Origin: an uncultured Gammaproteobacteria bacterium
GTDB taxonomy: Bacteria; Patescibacteriota; Microgenomatia; UBA12405; JAHJSD01
Length of the DNA: 24,000 nt
Reading direction: 5' to 3'
NCBI GenBank assembly: GCA_964547295.1
Contig: CAZJMH010000003.1
Coordinates: 9,318 to 33,317, forward strand
Shown here: positions 14,471 through 22,367 of the stretch, piece by piece
Numbering within the stretch: the stretch's first letter is position 1
Layout: every line of letters starts with the position of its first letter
Position numbers and translations under genes: made by a program
The notes under the pieces: generated by a model
Told to the model about the DNA's origin: nothing
Databases searched by the model: none
What the model saw: only the letters and a program-made list of their open reading frames with translations

Positions 14471-17101
14471 CTATTTTTTTCCGTTGGATTGAAGGCAGGC
14501 CATGGCGGCTACAGTTTCTGATTTATCTTTAAATCTCATTAGAATCACTCCCTGCGTTGTTCTTCCTAATACTGGAATATTTTTTAGCGGCAGTTTAATG
14601 ATTTTTCCTTTTTTGGAAGTTAGGACAATTTTTTCTGTATTTTGGTCAACAATTTGAGCTGTAGCCACCAAACCAGTTTTTTTACTAATATTTGCCACTT
14701 TTACACCAACACCAGCACGTTTCTGGAGTGGATATTTATAAGCATCGGTCCGTTTGCCCAAACCTTTTTCAGCTATTACTAATAAATGGCGGAATACCTT
14801 TCTTCTTTTATCTTCTGGGACTGGTTTTTTTGATGGAATAGTATCCATCGAGATAACCTGATCGCCTTTTTTAAGGTCAATACCTTTTACACCCTGGGCG
14901 TTTCGGCCCATAGCGCGAACTTGAGTTTCTTTAAAGCGAATACTTTTTCCTTTTTTAGTGACAATAAATACATTTTTTTTGCCGTCAGTTAATTTAGCTC
15001 CAACAAGTTGGTCATTATTTTTAAGACCAATAGCTATAATGCCATTTTTTCTGATATTATCGAATTTCTCTATTTTTGTCCGTTTAACTTGGCCTTGAAC
15101 TGTAGCCAGAAAGACAAATTTTTCATCATCTGTTTTTTGGGCTGAACGTTTTAAGATTGCCTGTATTTGTTCTCCTTGCTCAATGTTAATTAAATTAATA
15201 ATCGCTTGTCCTTTTGACTTTTTGGATCCTTCGGCAATTTCCCAAACTCTCTTTTCATAAACTTTACCCTGGTCAGTGAAAAAATAAAGAATGTCATGAG
15301 TAGTGCAGGAGATTAAATTGTCAATTATATCCTCTTCTTTTGTCGTCATTCCCTGAACACCTTTGCCACCTCGCCTTTGGCTACGATATGTTCCCCGGTT
15401 AACCCGCTTAATATAACCAGTTTTGGTAATCGTCACAATTACTTCCTCTTTGGCAACCAAATCTTCTTCGTTTAATTCTCCAATTTTTCTTTTATAAACT
15501 TTAGTTTTCCTTTGATCACCATATTTTTCTTTTATTTCTTCAAGTTCTAATTTGATTTTTTTAATCATTACTTTTGGCTGGGTGAGTAATTTTTTTAATT
15601 TTTCTAATTTTGTTTTGATTTCTTCGTATTCAGCCTCAATTTTTTGTCTTTCTAAAGCAGCTAGTCGCTTTAACTGCATATCTAGAATTGCTTGCGATTG
15701 AATATCAGTCAGGTCAAATTTAGTCATTAAATTTTCTTTGGCAACGTTAGCATCTTTAGATTTTTTAATTGTTTCAATAACTTCATCAAGGTTATCCAAA
15801 GCAATTTTTAGACCTTCTAAAATATGGGCCCGAAATTTTGCTTCTCGGAAAAGATAAAGGGTTCTTCTTCTAATAATTTCATGGCGGTGGCGGATAAAAA
15901 GAAGAAGAATTTGTCTTAAATTTAATGTTTGGGGAACCCCATCAACTAAAGCAACAATATTAGCCGGATAATTTTTTTGCAGATTAGTGTATTTATATAG
16001 TTTATTAAGGATCGATTTTGGTCTGGCAGTTCTTTTTAATTCAACTACTACCCGGATACCTCGACGGTCAGATTCGTCTCTTAAGTCGGAAATACCAGTT
16101 ATTTTTTCATCTTTAGCCAGCTTAGCAATTTTAGCAACTAAACGGGCTTTATTTACCTGGTAAGGCAATTCAGAAATAATAATGTTATGTTTGCCCATTT
16201 TTCCTTCTTTAATTTCAGCTACGCCGCGCATTAGAATTTTTCCTTTTCCAGTAGTATAAGTTTTGTTTATTGATTCTTGATCATATATTTGACCTCCGGT
16301 TGGAAAATCAGGCCCCTTAATAAATTTTAATAACTCTGTGCTTGAAGATTTTGATTCAAATTCAAATTGCCAACCAGCCAATTTATTGACTTCTTCCATA
16401 ATTACTTCTTGGGCAGACGTTTTTTCTTTCTTGGTTAATTTTTTAAACTCAATTTCTTCGGATTCTTTTTTTTCAAGCTTTCCCTGGTCAACCATATGAG
16501 TTATAGCGTTGATAACTTCGGTCAAATTATGCGGCGGTATTTTTGTTGCCATACCAACAGCAATACCGTCACCTCCGTTGAGAAGCAGATTTGGTATTCT
16601 AGTAGGCAAAACTACTGGTTCTTTTAAAGTCCGGTCAAAATTATCAACAAAATCAACTGTTTCTTTATTTATATCCCGAAGCATTTCCTGGGCAATTTTT
16701 GCCATTTTTGCTTCTGTATACCGCATTGCTGCAGGTGGGTCGCCGTCAATTGAACCAAAGTTTCCTTGTCCGTTAACAAGAGGGTATCTCATTGAAAAAA
16801 CTTGAGCCATATGGACTAGGGCCCCATAGCTGGAACTGTCTCCGTGCGGATGATATTTGCCTAAAACTTCACCTACTATTTTTGCTGATTTACTGTGGCT
16901 TCCGCCGCTGGTTAAACCCATTTGGTGCATTGCATACAAGATTCTTCTTTGGACCGGCTTTAAACCGTCTCGAACATCAGGTAAGGCACGGGAGACAATA
17001 ACGCTCATTGCGTAGTCTAAATACGCTTGGCGCATTTCGTCGGTAATTTTTACTGTTTTTATCTCATCCGCCTTTTTAATTATTTTTTTCTTTTTAGCCA
17101 T
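14471..17101 (-). CDS. gyrA: DNA gyrase subunit A
   Basis: [52 protein letters not shown], active-site [15 protein letters not shown], and C-terminal beta-pinwheel repeats. The stop lies 2 nt from the convergent xer stop. Confidence 0.97.
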   Translation of the reverse strand: MAKKKKIIKKADEIKTVKITDEMRQAYLDYAMSVIVSRALPDVRDGLKPVQRRILYAMHQMGLTSGGSHSKSAKIVGEVLGKYHPHGDSSSYGALVHMAQVFSMRYPLVNGQGNFGSIDGDPPAAMRYTEAKMAKIAQEMLRDINKETVDFVDNFDRTLKEPVVLPTRIPNLLLNGGDGIAVGMATKIPPHNLTEVINAITHMVDQGKLEKKESEEIEFKKLTKKEKTSAQEVIMEEVNKLAGWQFEFESKSSSTELLKFIKGPDFPTGGQIYDQESINKTYTTGKGKILMRGVAEIKEGKMGKHNIIISELPYQVNKARLVAKIAKLAKDEKITGISDLRDESDRRGIRVVVELKRTARPKSILNKLYKYTNLQKNYPANIVALVDGVPQTLNLRQILLLFIRHRHEIIRRRTLYLFREAKFRAHILEGLKIALDNLDEVIETIKKSKDANVAKENLMTKFDLTDIQSQAILDMQLKRLAALERQKIEAEYEEIKTKLEKLKKLLTQPKVMIKKIKLELEEIKEKYGDQRKTKVYKRKIGELNEEDLVAKEEVIVTITKTGYIKRVNRGTYRSQRRGGKGVQGMTTKEEDIIDNLISCTTHDILYFFTDQGKVYEKRVWEIAEGSKKSKGQAIINLINIEQGEQIQAILKRSAQKTDDEKFVFLATVQGQVKRTKIEKFDNIRKNGIIAIGLKNNDQLVGAKLTDGKKNVFIVTKKGKSIRFKETQVRAMGRNAQGVKGIDLKKGDQVISMDTIPSKKPVPEDKRRKVFRHLLVIAEKGLGKRTDAYKYPLQKRAGVGVKVANISKKTGLVATAQIVDQNTEKIVLTSKKGKIIKLPLKNIPVLGRTTQGVILMRFKDKSETVAAMACLQSNGKK

Positions 17102-17604
17102 CGTTTTTCACTTTCTTTAATTATTTGGTGGGCTTCTTTTTTATCTAACCACTCCCCTACGCTTATTTGTTTAGTTACTTCTAAATTTGCGTAACTTTCC
17201 CAAAAATCTGCTATTTCTTCCCGGACAGCAGAACTAAGGTCTTCTAAATTTTGATAATCATCCATTCTTGGGTCGTTTTCTCCAACGGCAATTATTTTTG
17301 TATCTCTTTCGCCGGTATCAGTAATTTCTAAACCGCCAATAACCCGTGAACGAATTAAACAACCTGGTATTGTTGGAGATGAAACAAAAACCATAATGTC
17401 TAACGGGTCATTATCTTCGGCTAAAGTTGAAGGAATATAGCCGTATTCTGTTGGATAAAAAACTGATCCTGGTAATACCCGGTCTAAAATTAGTTGATTC
17501 ATTTGGTGGTCAAACTCATACTTGTTTGTTCCTCCCTTAGGTATTTCAACTAAGCAATAAACTATTTCGGGTGATTTTGGTCCACTAGGTATTTTTTTAT
17601 TCAT
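17080..17604 (-). CDS. ppa: family I inorganic pyrophosphatase
   Basis: [22 protein letters not shown], and [14 protein letters not shown]. 174 aa. The 3' end overlaps the gyrA start by 22 nt. Confidence 0.93.
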   Translation of the reverse strand: MNKKIPSGPKSPEIVYCLVEIPKGGTNKYEFDHQMNQLILDRVLPGSVFYPTEYGYIPSTLAEDNDPLDIMVFVSSPTIPGCLIRSRVIGGLEITDTGERDTKIIAVGENDPRMDDYQNLEDLSSAVREEIADFWESYANLEVTKQISVGEWLDKKEAHQIIKESEKRWLKRKK

Positions 17605-17637
17605 GTTACTTATATTTTTATTTTAATTTTTAATTTT

Positions 17638-19599
17638 TTATATATCCAAGGTTGCCATTTTAGCATGGGTTTGAATAAAGTGTCTTCGGGGAGGCACTTT
17701 TTTACCCATTAAAATTGAAAAAGTTTCGTCTGCATTTTCAGCATTTTCAATTTGAATTAATTTTAAAATTCTATTTTCAGGGTTCATTGTTGTCTCCCAT
17801 AGTTGTTCCGGGTTCATTTCACCTAAACCTTTATAACGCTGGATAGTTATATTCTTATAATCCTTACTGTATTTACTAATAAACTTGTCTTTTTCTTTTT
17901 CTGAATAGGCATATTGCTCATTTTTACCGGCTTTAACTTTAAACAGAGGAGGTTGGGCGATAAAAAGATTGCCTTGTTCTATTACTTCAGGCAGATATCT
18001 GAAGAAAAAAGTTAATAACAGTGTGGCGATATGAGCTCCGTCAACATCAGCATCAGTCATAATAATAATCCGATGGTAGCGGAGGTTGTCCATTTCAATT
18101 TCATCGCCAATGCCGACACCTAAAGCCACAATTAGGTCTTTTAATTCTGCAAATTCGACAATTTTATCAAGTGGCGCTTTTTCTGTATTTAAAACTTTTC
18201 CCCGAAGCGGTAAAATAGCTTGAAATTTTCTGTCTCTGCCCTGTTTAGCAGAACCACCAGCAGAGTCGCCCTCAACAATAAATAATTCTGATTTTTTCGG
18301 CTCTTTTGTTTGACAGTCGGCTAGTTTACCGGGTAGACCTAGTGAATCAAAAATTCCTTTTCTTGAAATTGCGTCTCTGGCTGCTTTAGCCGCCTTTCTT
18401 GATCGGACAGTAAGCATTATTTTTTCCATAATTGAATTTACTTCTGATGGGTGTTCTTCAAAATATGTTTCTAAACCTTCACGGGCAATTTTGGCTACAA
18501 TTGGACGAACCTCGCTGTTACCCAGTTTGCCTTTAGTTTGGCCCTCAAATTGAAGGTCTTTTGAGGGCATTTTAATTGAAATAATAGCAGTTAGTCCCTC
18601 TCGGGTATCTCTGCCTCTGATAGTTCCGTTTTTTATTTTTTTTAGCAAGCCGTTTTTTTCAGCATATTTTTTGATTGATCGGGTTAAGGCGCTTTTAAAT
18701 CCAGATTCATGGGTTCCCCCTTCTTGTGTATTAATTACATTAACATAAGAAACTATATTAGTTCTTTGGCTGTCAGTATATTGAAGGGCAATTTCTACCT
18801 CTTTGTCTTCAACCTGGCCTTGAATATGAATAGGTTGATGAAATGTGTCTTTGCCTTGGTTCAACTTATCAATAAGAGACCGAATACCGCCCTCAAAATA
18901 AAAATGATATTGTCTATTTTTAATTTTATTATCAAAATGGAAAAAAAGACCAGAAATCAAAAAAGCTCGGTCACGAAGTGAGTTTTTAATGGTTTTTGGG
19001 TTAAACTCAGTTGTTTCCTTAAATATTTCCGGATCAGGTTTAAATCTAACAATTGTTCCTGTTTTATTGTTTTTAAGTAGCTTTTTTGTTTCTGGAAACT
19101 GGCTTTGAGAGATTTCTTTTACTTTTGTTTGAGGATTTCCACGCTTATATTTTTGAGAATAAATTTTGCCTTCCCGATGGACTTCAACTGTCATTGATGA
19201 AGACAGCGCGTTAACAACACTTGAACCAACGCCGTGCAACCCGCCGGAAATTTTATAAGCTTCACCGTCAAATTTTCCGCCGGCGTGAAGTTTGGTCATC
19301 ACTATTTCTAGTGTTGATTTTTTGTATTTTGGGTGCTGGTCAACTGGGATACCTCGGCCGTCATCAATTACGGTAATTGACTGGTCTTCATTTAAAATCA
19401 CCCAAACATTGTTAGCCGCACCGGCTAATGCTTCGTCAATTGCGTTGTCAACAATTTCATAAACACAATGGTGTAGCCCGGTTTCATTAGTTGAACCAAT
19501 ATACATTGCCGGTCGCTTTCTGACCGGCGCTAAACCTTCTAAAACAACAATTTGTTCGCCAGTATATTTCTCAATATTATTTTTCTTTTTTTTAGCCAT
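17638..19599 (-). CDS. gyrB: DNA gyrase subunit B
   Basis: VLEGLAPVRKRPAMYIGS, GHKL ATPase LHAGGKF...GGLHGVG, Toprim EGDSAGGSAKQGRDR and PLRGKVLN, IMTDADVDGAHI. Confidence 0.97.
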   Translation of the reverse strand: MAKKKKNNIEKYTGEQIVVLEGLAPVRKRPAMYIGSTNETGLHHCVYEIVDNAIDEALAGAANNVWVILNEDQSITVIDDGRGIPVDQHPKYKKSTLEIVMTKLHAGGKFDGEAYKISGGLHGVGSSVVNALSSSMTVEVHREGKIYSQKYKRGNPQTKVKEISQSQFPETKKLLKNNKTGTIVRFKPDPEIFKETTEFNPKTIKNSLRDRAFLISGLFFHFDNKIKNRQYHFYFEGGIRSLIDKLNQGKDTFHQPIHIQGQVEDKEVEIALQYTDSQRTNIVSYVNVINTQEGGTHESGFKSALTRSIKKYAEKNGLLKKIKNGTIRGRDTREGLTAIISIKMPSKDLQFEGQTKGKLGNSEVRPIVAKIAREGLETYFEEHPSEVNSIMEKIMLTVRSRKAAKAARDAISRKGIFDSLGLPGKLADCQTKEPKKSELFIVEGDSAGGSAKQGRDRKFQAILPLRGKVLNTEKAPLDKIVEFAELKDLIVALGVGIGDEIEMDNLRYHRIIIMTDADVDGAHIATLLLTFFFRYLPEVIEQGNLFIAQPPLFKVKAGKNEQYAYSEKEKDKFISKYSKDYKNITIQRYKGLGEMNPEQLWETTMNPENRILKLIQIENAENADETFSILMGKKVPPRRHFIQTHAKMATLDI

Positions 19600-19620
19600 G
19601 TTTACAAGTTATTGGGAGCA

Positions 19621-19646
19621 AAAAAAAATTCTGCACAGCAGAATTC
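19621..19646 (-). terminator. intrinsic-terminator-like hairpin plus U-tract located inside the gyrB leader
   Basis: The minus-strand RNA reads AAUUCUGC-UGU-GCAGAAUU followed by U7. This is an 8-bp stem with a 3-nt loop, and the 9-nt T run shares 2 nt with the stem. It lies 22 nt upstream of the gyrB ATG and downstream of the predicted promoter. Confidence 0.5.
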
Positions 19647-19689
19647 CTGCAGTTTACAATAAGCAGGTCAGCTCATATCTCCTATTCCA

Positions 19690-19718
19690 TTATAGAATAT
19701 TTATTTAAAGTGTTCAAG
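19690..19718 (-). promoter_or_regulatory. putative sigma70-type promoter for gyrB
   Basis: On the minus strand: TTGAAC (19718-19713), exactly 17 nt of spacer, then consensus TATAAT (19695-19690). It starts 17 nt after the stop of the upstream gene. Confidence 0.5.
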
Positions 19719-19734
19719 CTGAATAAAACTCCTA

Positions 19735-20526
19735 TTAATCGCAGATATCTAGTGGTTTATTTAACGATGAGCAAATAGCGGCGATAAAATACTCTGGCGT
19801 ATTCAGCTGGTTAGGTTGGAAGTATTGGTTTTCAATTCTAACCACCAATTCTTCATCAATATTCTTTTCGTTTAGTGGAAGTTGAGTATCATTTATAGTT
19901 ATCATTGGTGTTTGGTTAATTTTTTTATCTTCAAATGCCAAAATTTGATCTTTAATTAGTTTTGTAGTTTGACGGCTGAAACAGTCTTGTATTTGCTCTT
20001 CTGGCAAGTTAGTAATTTTGGCCTCTACTTGCCAGCACTGATCTATATTATCAAGTTGACAGTTTTGAGAAACTCGGTTGACAAAGCTCCACCAGCCTTG
20101 AATGTCATTAGTTAATTCCCAAGCACATAATTCCCTTATTTGCTGGTTTATTTGGGGTTTTCCCAGTGGAGAGCAGTAGAAAGTGTCATTGATTGCTTCT
20201 ATGCAGTTTTGGTTATTTAAAGGCTGTTTGGTTGATGTAAAAAAATAGTAGGGCTGCCAAGAAACCTTATCTCCGAAAAAACCGGCAACATTAGCCAGCC
20301 GAGTTTGTATTAATTTGTCTTCTTCCTTCATCGTTTGCATAAAAAACTCTATTTTGGGCTGGTCGTTTTTTTTCGGCTGAAAGCGGATGGTTTTTATTTG
20401 TTCTTCAATTGTTTTTGATTGTGGTTGAATTTCAAAATTTGATTTTTGCCATATTGACCCAGCTAAAAATGCGCTGATTAATAATAAGCCTAAAACCGGC
20501 CAGGGAAGGATAATCTTTTTATTCAT
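19735..20526 (-). CDS. membrane-anchored, Cys-rich exported hypothetical protein (possible degenerate DsbA/thioredoxin-like fold)
   Basis: N-terminal anchor ILPWPVLGLLLISAFLAGSIW. Ten Cys in the exported part. INQTPMITINDTQL resembles the cis-Pro loop of DsbA-like proteins, but the expected CxxC position reads IEFFMQTMKEED. The fold assignment is tentative. Confidence 0.6.
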   Translation of the reverse strand: MNKKIILPWPVLGLLLISAFLAGSIWQKSNFEIQPQSKTIEEQIKTIRFQPKKNDQPKIEFFMQTMKEEDKLIQTRLANVAGFFGDKVSWQPYYFFTSTKQPLNNQNCIEAINDTFYCSPLGKPQINQQIRELCAWELTNDIQGWWSFVNRVSQNCQLDNIDQCWQVEAKITNLPEEQIQDCFSRQTTKLIKDQILAFEDKKINQTPMITINDTQLPLNEKNIDEELVVRIENQYFQPNQLNTPEYFIAAICSSLNKPLDICD

Positions 20527-20713
20527 TTTTTTTGATTATGATTGCGGAAACCGGGCAGTTTTCAACTATAGATTTTATACTTTCACTTATTTTTTCTGGC
20601 TGCTTTTTAATTTTTGCTTTTCCAATCAAAGGGTCAATTTCAAAAATATTTGGCTCCCAATTAGCACAAAGTCCACAACCAATACATTTTTTTTGGTCAA
20701 TCTTTAGAGACAT
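20519..20713 (-). CDS. small single-cluster [4Fe-4S]/[3Fe-4S] ferredoxin
   Basis: CIGCGLC...ENCPVSAI (CxxCxxC...CP). The ATG at 20711-20713 is preferred over the TTG at 20722. 64 aa. Confidence 0.85.
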   Translation of the reverse strand: MSLKIDQKKCIGCGLCANWEPNIFEIDPLIGKAKIKKQPEKISESIKSIVENCPVSAIIIKKNE

Positions 20714-21038
20714 TTTTTTCAATTATTTGGTCAGTAATTAATCTAATATTCAGAAAAATAATCATTGATTTGCCTAACAGCCCAGACGTTGAGGTAAGAA
20801 TAAATAAGCTTACTGGTAAAAGAATAATTGGTAAAAACTGTTTAACTTCTTTTTTAGGGATAACCCAGTCGACTTCTAAAATTAAATAACCTACGATTGC
20901 GCCGATGACTACCATGGTTAGATTTAACCAATTGGTTTTTTGAATAATTAAAATTAATTCCCAAATCATTAAAATAACTGCGCTGTAAATTATTGTCTTC
21001 GGCAGCTTTTGGATTCCCGATTTTATATTTTTCAGCAT
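20697..21038 (-). CDS. hypothetical small membrane protein (3 TM helices)
   Basis: The ORF-track start at 21059 is a TTG inside a heptamer repeat. The first ATG is at 21036-21038 (MLKNIKSG...). Hydrophobic helices include IIYSAVILMIWELILII, LTMVVIGAIVGYLILEV and FLPIILLPVSLFILTS. Confidence 0.65.
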   Translation of the reverse strand: MLKNIKSGIQKLPKTIIYSAVILMIWELILIIQKTNWLNLTMVVIGAIVGYLILEVDWVIPKKEVKQFLPIILLPVSLFILTSTSGLLGKSMIIFLNIRLITDQIIEKNVSKD

Positions 21039-21047
21039 TATATTTTT

Positions 21048-21082
21048 ACTAACTACCAACTACTAACTACTAGCTACTAGGC
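21048..21082 (-). repeat. five-unit heptamer tandem array (minus strand GCCTAGT AGCTAGT AGTTAGT AGTTGGT AGTTAGT) spanning the tyrS stop
   Basis: The plus strand reads ACTAACT ACCAACT ACTAACT ACTAGCT ACTAGGC. 23 of 28 positions are identical at lag 7. It encodes the last TyrRS codons (SLVASS), the stop, and the spacer to the next gene. Confidence 0.6.
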
Positions 21083-22211
21083 TCTTCATCTGCCTTAATC
21101 CCTCTTTTGATTTGCCGGATTGAAAATAATCTCTGGCTGGTTTAAGCTTTTCAATTAACCAATCACTAACTGCGTTTTTTAAGTCCAACGGATGCAAATG
21201 TCCATTTTTATAATCTACTTTAAGCTTGTCAATATTAGTATAAACTATATTGCCGCCATATTCATCTTCTCTTTTTATTTCTAATCCCTCGTCTAACTTA
21301 TTTTCTCCCCAGAAAATTAAAAACTCTGTCCAGTTAATTATTGGGTTAAACTTAGTTTCTTTGGGCGGGCAATAGGCATTTTTTATTTTCATTTTAATTT
21401 CTTCCGGCGAGTCGTGAATTAAAACAGCTGATTTTGGTTTTGACTTGCTCATTTTTAATTCGTCACCTGTTTCTTTTTTAGTTTTTGGTCCTTCCAAACC
21501 AGCGATTGTATTTTGGTGTATAGCGATTGGTGAAATAATTTCGCCCTGGCTGTTTTTTAGCGGGTTAATAGTTAACTTTGGAGCTGTCTCTCTAGCGTTG
21601 ACGTGTGCCTTGCGCTGGTCAATGCCGGCGTGGACCAGGTTTGCTTGGAGCGTAAAAATATCCGCTACCTGAAGCGGCGGGTAAAACAAAGTTGCCATAT
21701 CAACGCTTTTGCCTTCTTTCTTGCCCATTATTGAAATTGACCTTAGATTGCGGGAAAGCGTAATATGTTTGCCGACTTCCATAAATGTCTCCCAATGAAT
21801 TAGATTATTTTCGTATAAATCTTTACCGCTAATAAAGTTTAAATTGCCTTGAGAAACTTCCTCTTCAACATCAATATTAAAACATTTTAAAGAGGCAATT
21901 AAACCTTGTTTAAAATAAGCATCGGTTGCTTTTCGGATGTTTTCCCAATTGCCCCCAAGTTTATTGTTTAAATAAGAGTGAAAATCAGCCAGCAAAATGG
22001 TGCATTTAACTCCGGCCTCTAGAAAGTCGGCAACTTTGCCCATGCTCATCAGGCCGGTTCCCAGGTGGACCATACCGGAAATTTCAAAACCAATGTAGTG
22101 GTTCAACGTTGTGCCGGATTTAATTAATTCCTCTAAATCTTTCTTGGTTATAATCTCTTCACAGTTGCGGCTAATTAAATCAATCTGTTGGTTGACATCC
22201 ATTTTTTTCAT
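21063..22211 (-). CDS. tyrS: tyrosine--tRNA ligase, archaeal/eukaryotic type (class Ic)
   Basis: Collinear with M. jannaschii TyrRS as I recall it. HYIGFEISGMVHLG vs AYIGFEPSGKIHLG. ILLADFHSYLN vs ILLADLHAYLN. YPPLQVADI vs YPIMQVNDI (the Tyr32 and Asp158 equivalents are kept). IDQRKAHVNARE vs MEQRKIHMLARE. KMSKS is present. HDSPEEIKMKIKNAYCP vs DDSPEEIRAKIKKAYCP. LHPLDLKNAV vs LHPMDLKNAV. No bacterial S4-like C-terminal domain. Confidence 0.88.
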   Translation of the reverse strand: MKKMDVNQQIDLISRNCEEIITKKDLEELIKSGTTLNHYIGFEISGMVHLGTGLMSMGKVADFLEAGVKCTILLADFHSYLNNKLGGNWENIRKATDAYFKQGLIASLKCFNIDVEEEVSQGNLNFISGKDLYENNLIHWETFMEVGKHITLSRNLRSISIMGKKEGKSVDMATLFYPPLQVADIFTLQANLVHAGIDQRKAHVNARETAPKLTINPLKNSQGEIISPIAIHQNTIAGLEGPKTKKETGDELKMSKSKPKSAVLIHDSPEEIKMKIKNAYCPPKETKFNPIINWTEFLIFWGENKLDEGLEIKREDEYGGNIVYTNIDKLKVDYKNGHLHPLDLKNAVSDWLIEKLKPARDYFQSGKSKEGLRQMKSLVASS

Positions 22212-22275
22212 TTTACCACTCCCCTGTCCTATTTTAAAATAATGTTGTTTTATTGTCTTATAATATCTTCGTTAC

Positions 22276-22295
22276 TATACGACGATCGTCGTATA
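22276..22295. promoter_or_regulatory. perfect 20-bp palindrome TATACGACGATCGTCGTATA upstream of tyrS (candidate operator)
   Basis: Read directly from the sequence. It extends to 24 bp with one mismatch (ACTATACGACGA/TCGTCGTATAAT). It lies 65-84 nt upstream of the tyrS ATG. Confidence 0.5.
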
Positions 22296-22329
22296 ATATT
22301 TGACATAGGTTATCCTTTTATACTTAATC

Positions 22330-22367
22330 TTTCAACTATAGTTCCGGATCCAGAACTATAGTTGAAA
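22330..22367. promoter_or_regulatory. 15-bp-arm inverted repeat, equivalent to two copies of the palindrome AACTATAGTT spaced 20 bp centre to centre
   Basis: TTTCAACTATAGTTC-cggatcca-GAACTATAGTTGAAA. There is no 3' U-tract on either strand (T8 precedes it on the minus strand, A8 follows it on the plus strand), so it is not a canonical terminator. Confidence 0.5.

Noticed and set aside
14296-14532. A 78-aa + strand ORF crossing the xer/gyrA junction. Also 6623-6847 (-) and 20532-20741 (+).
   Set aside because: These are alternative frames of the xer and gyrA ends, of the 6639 gene, and of the ferredoxin gene respectively. They have no independent support.
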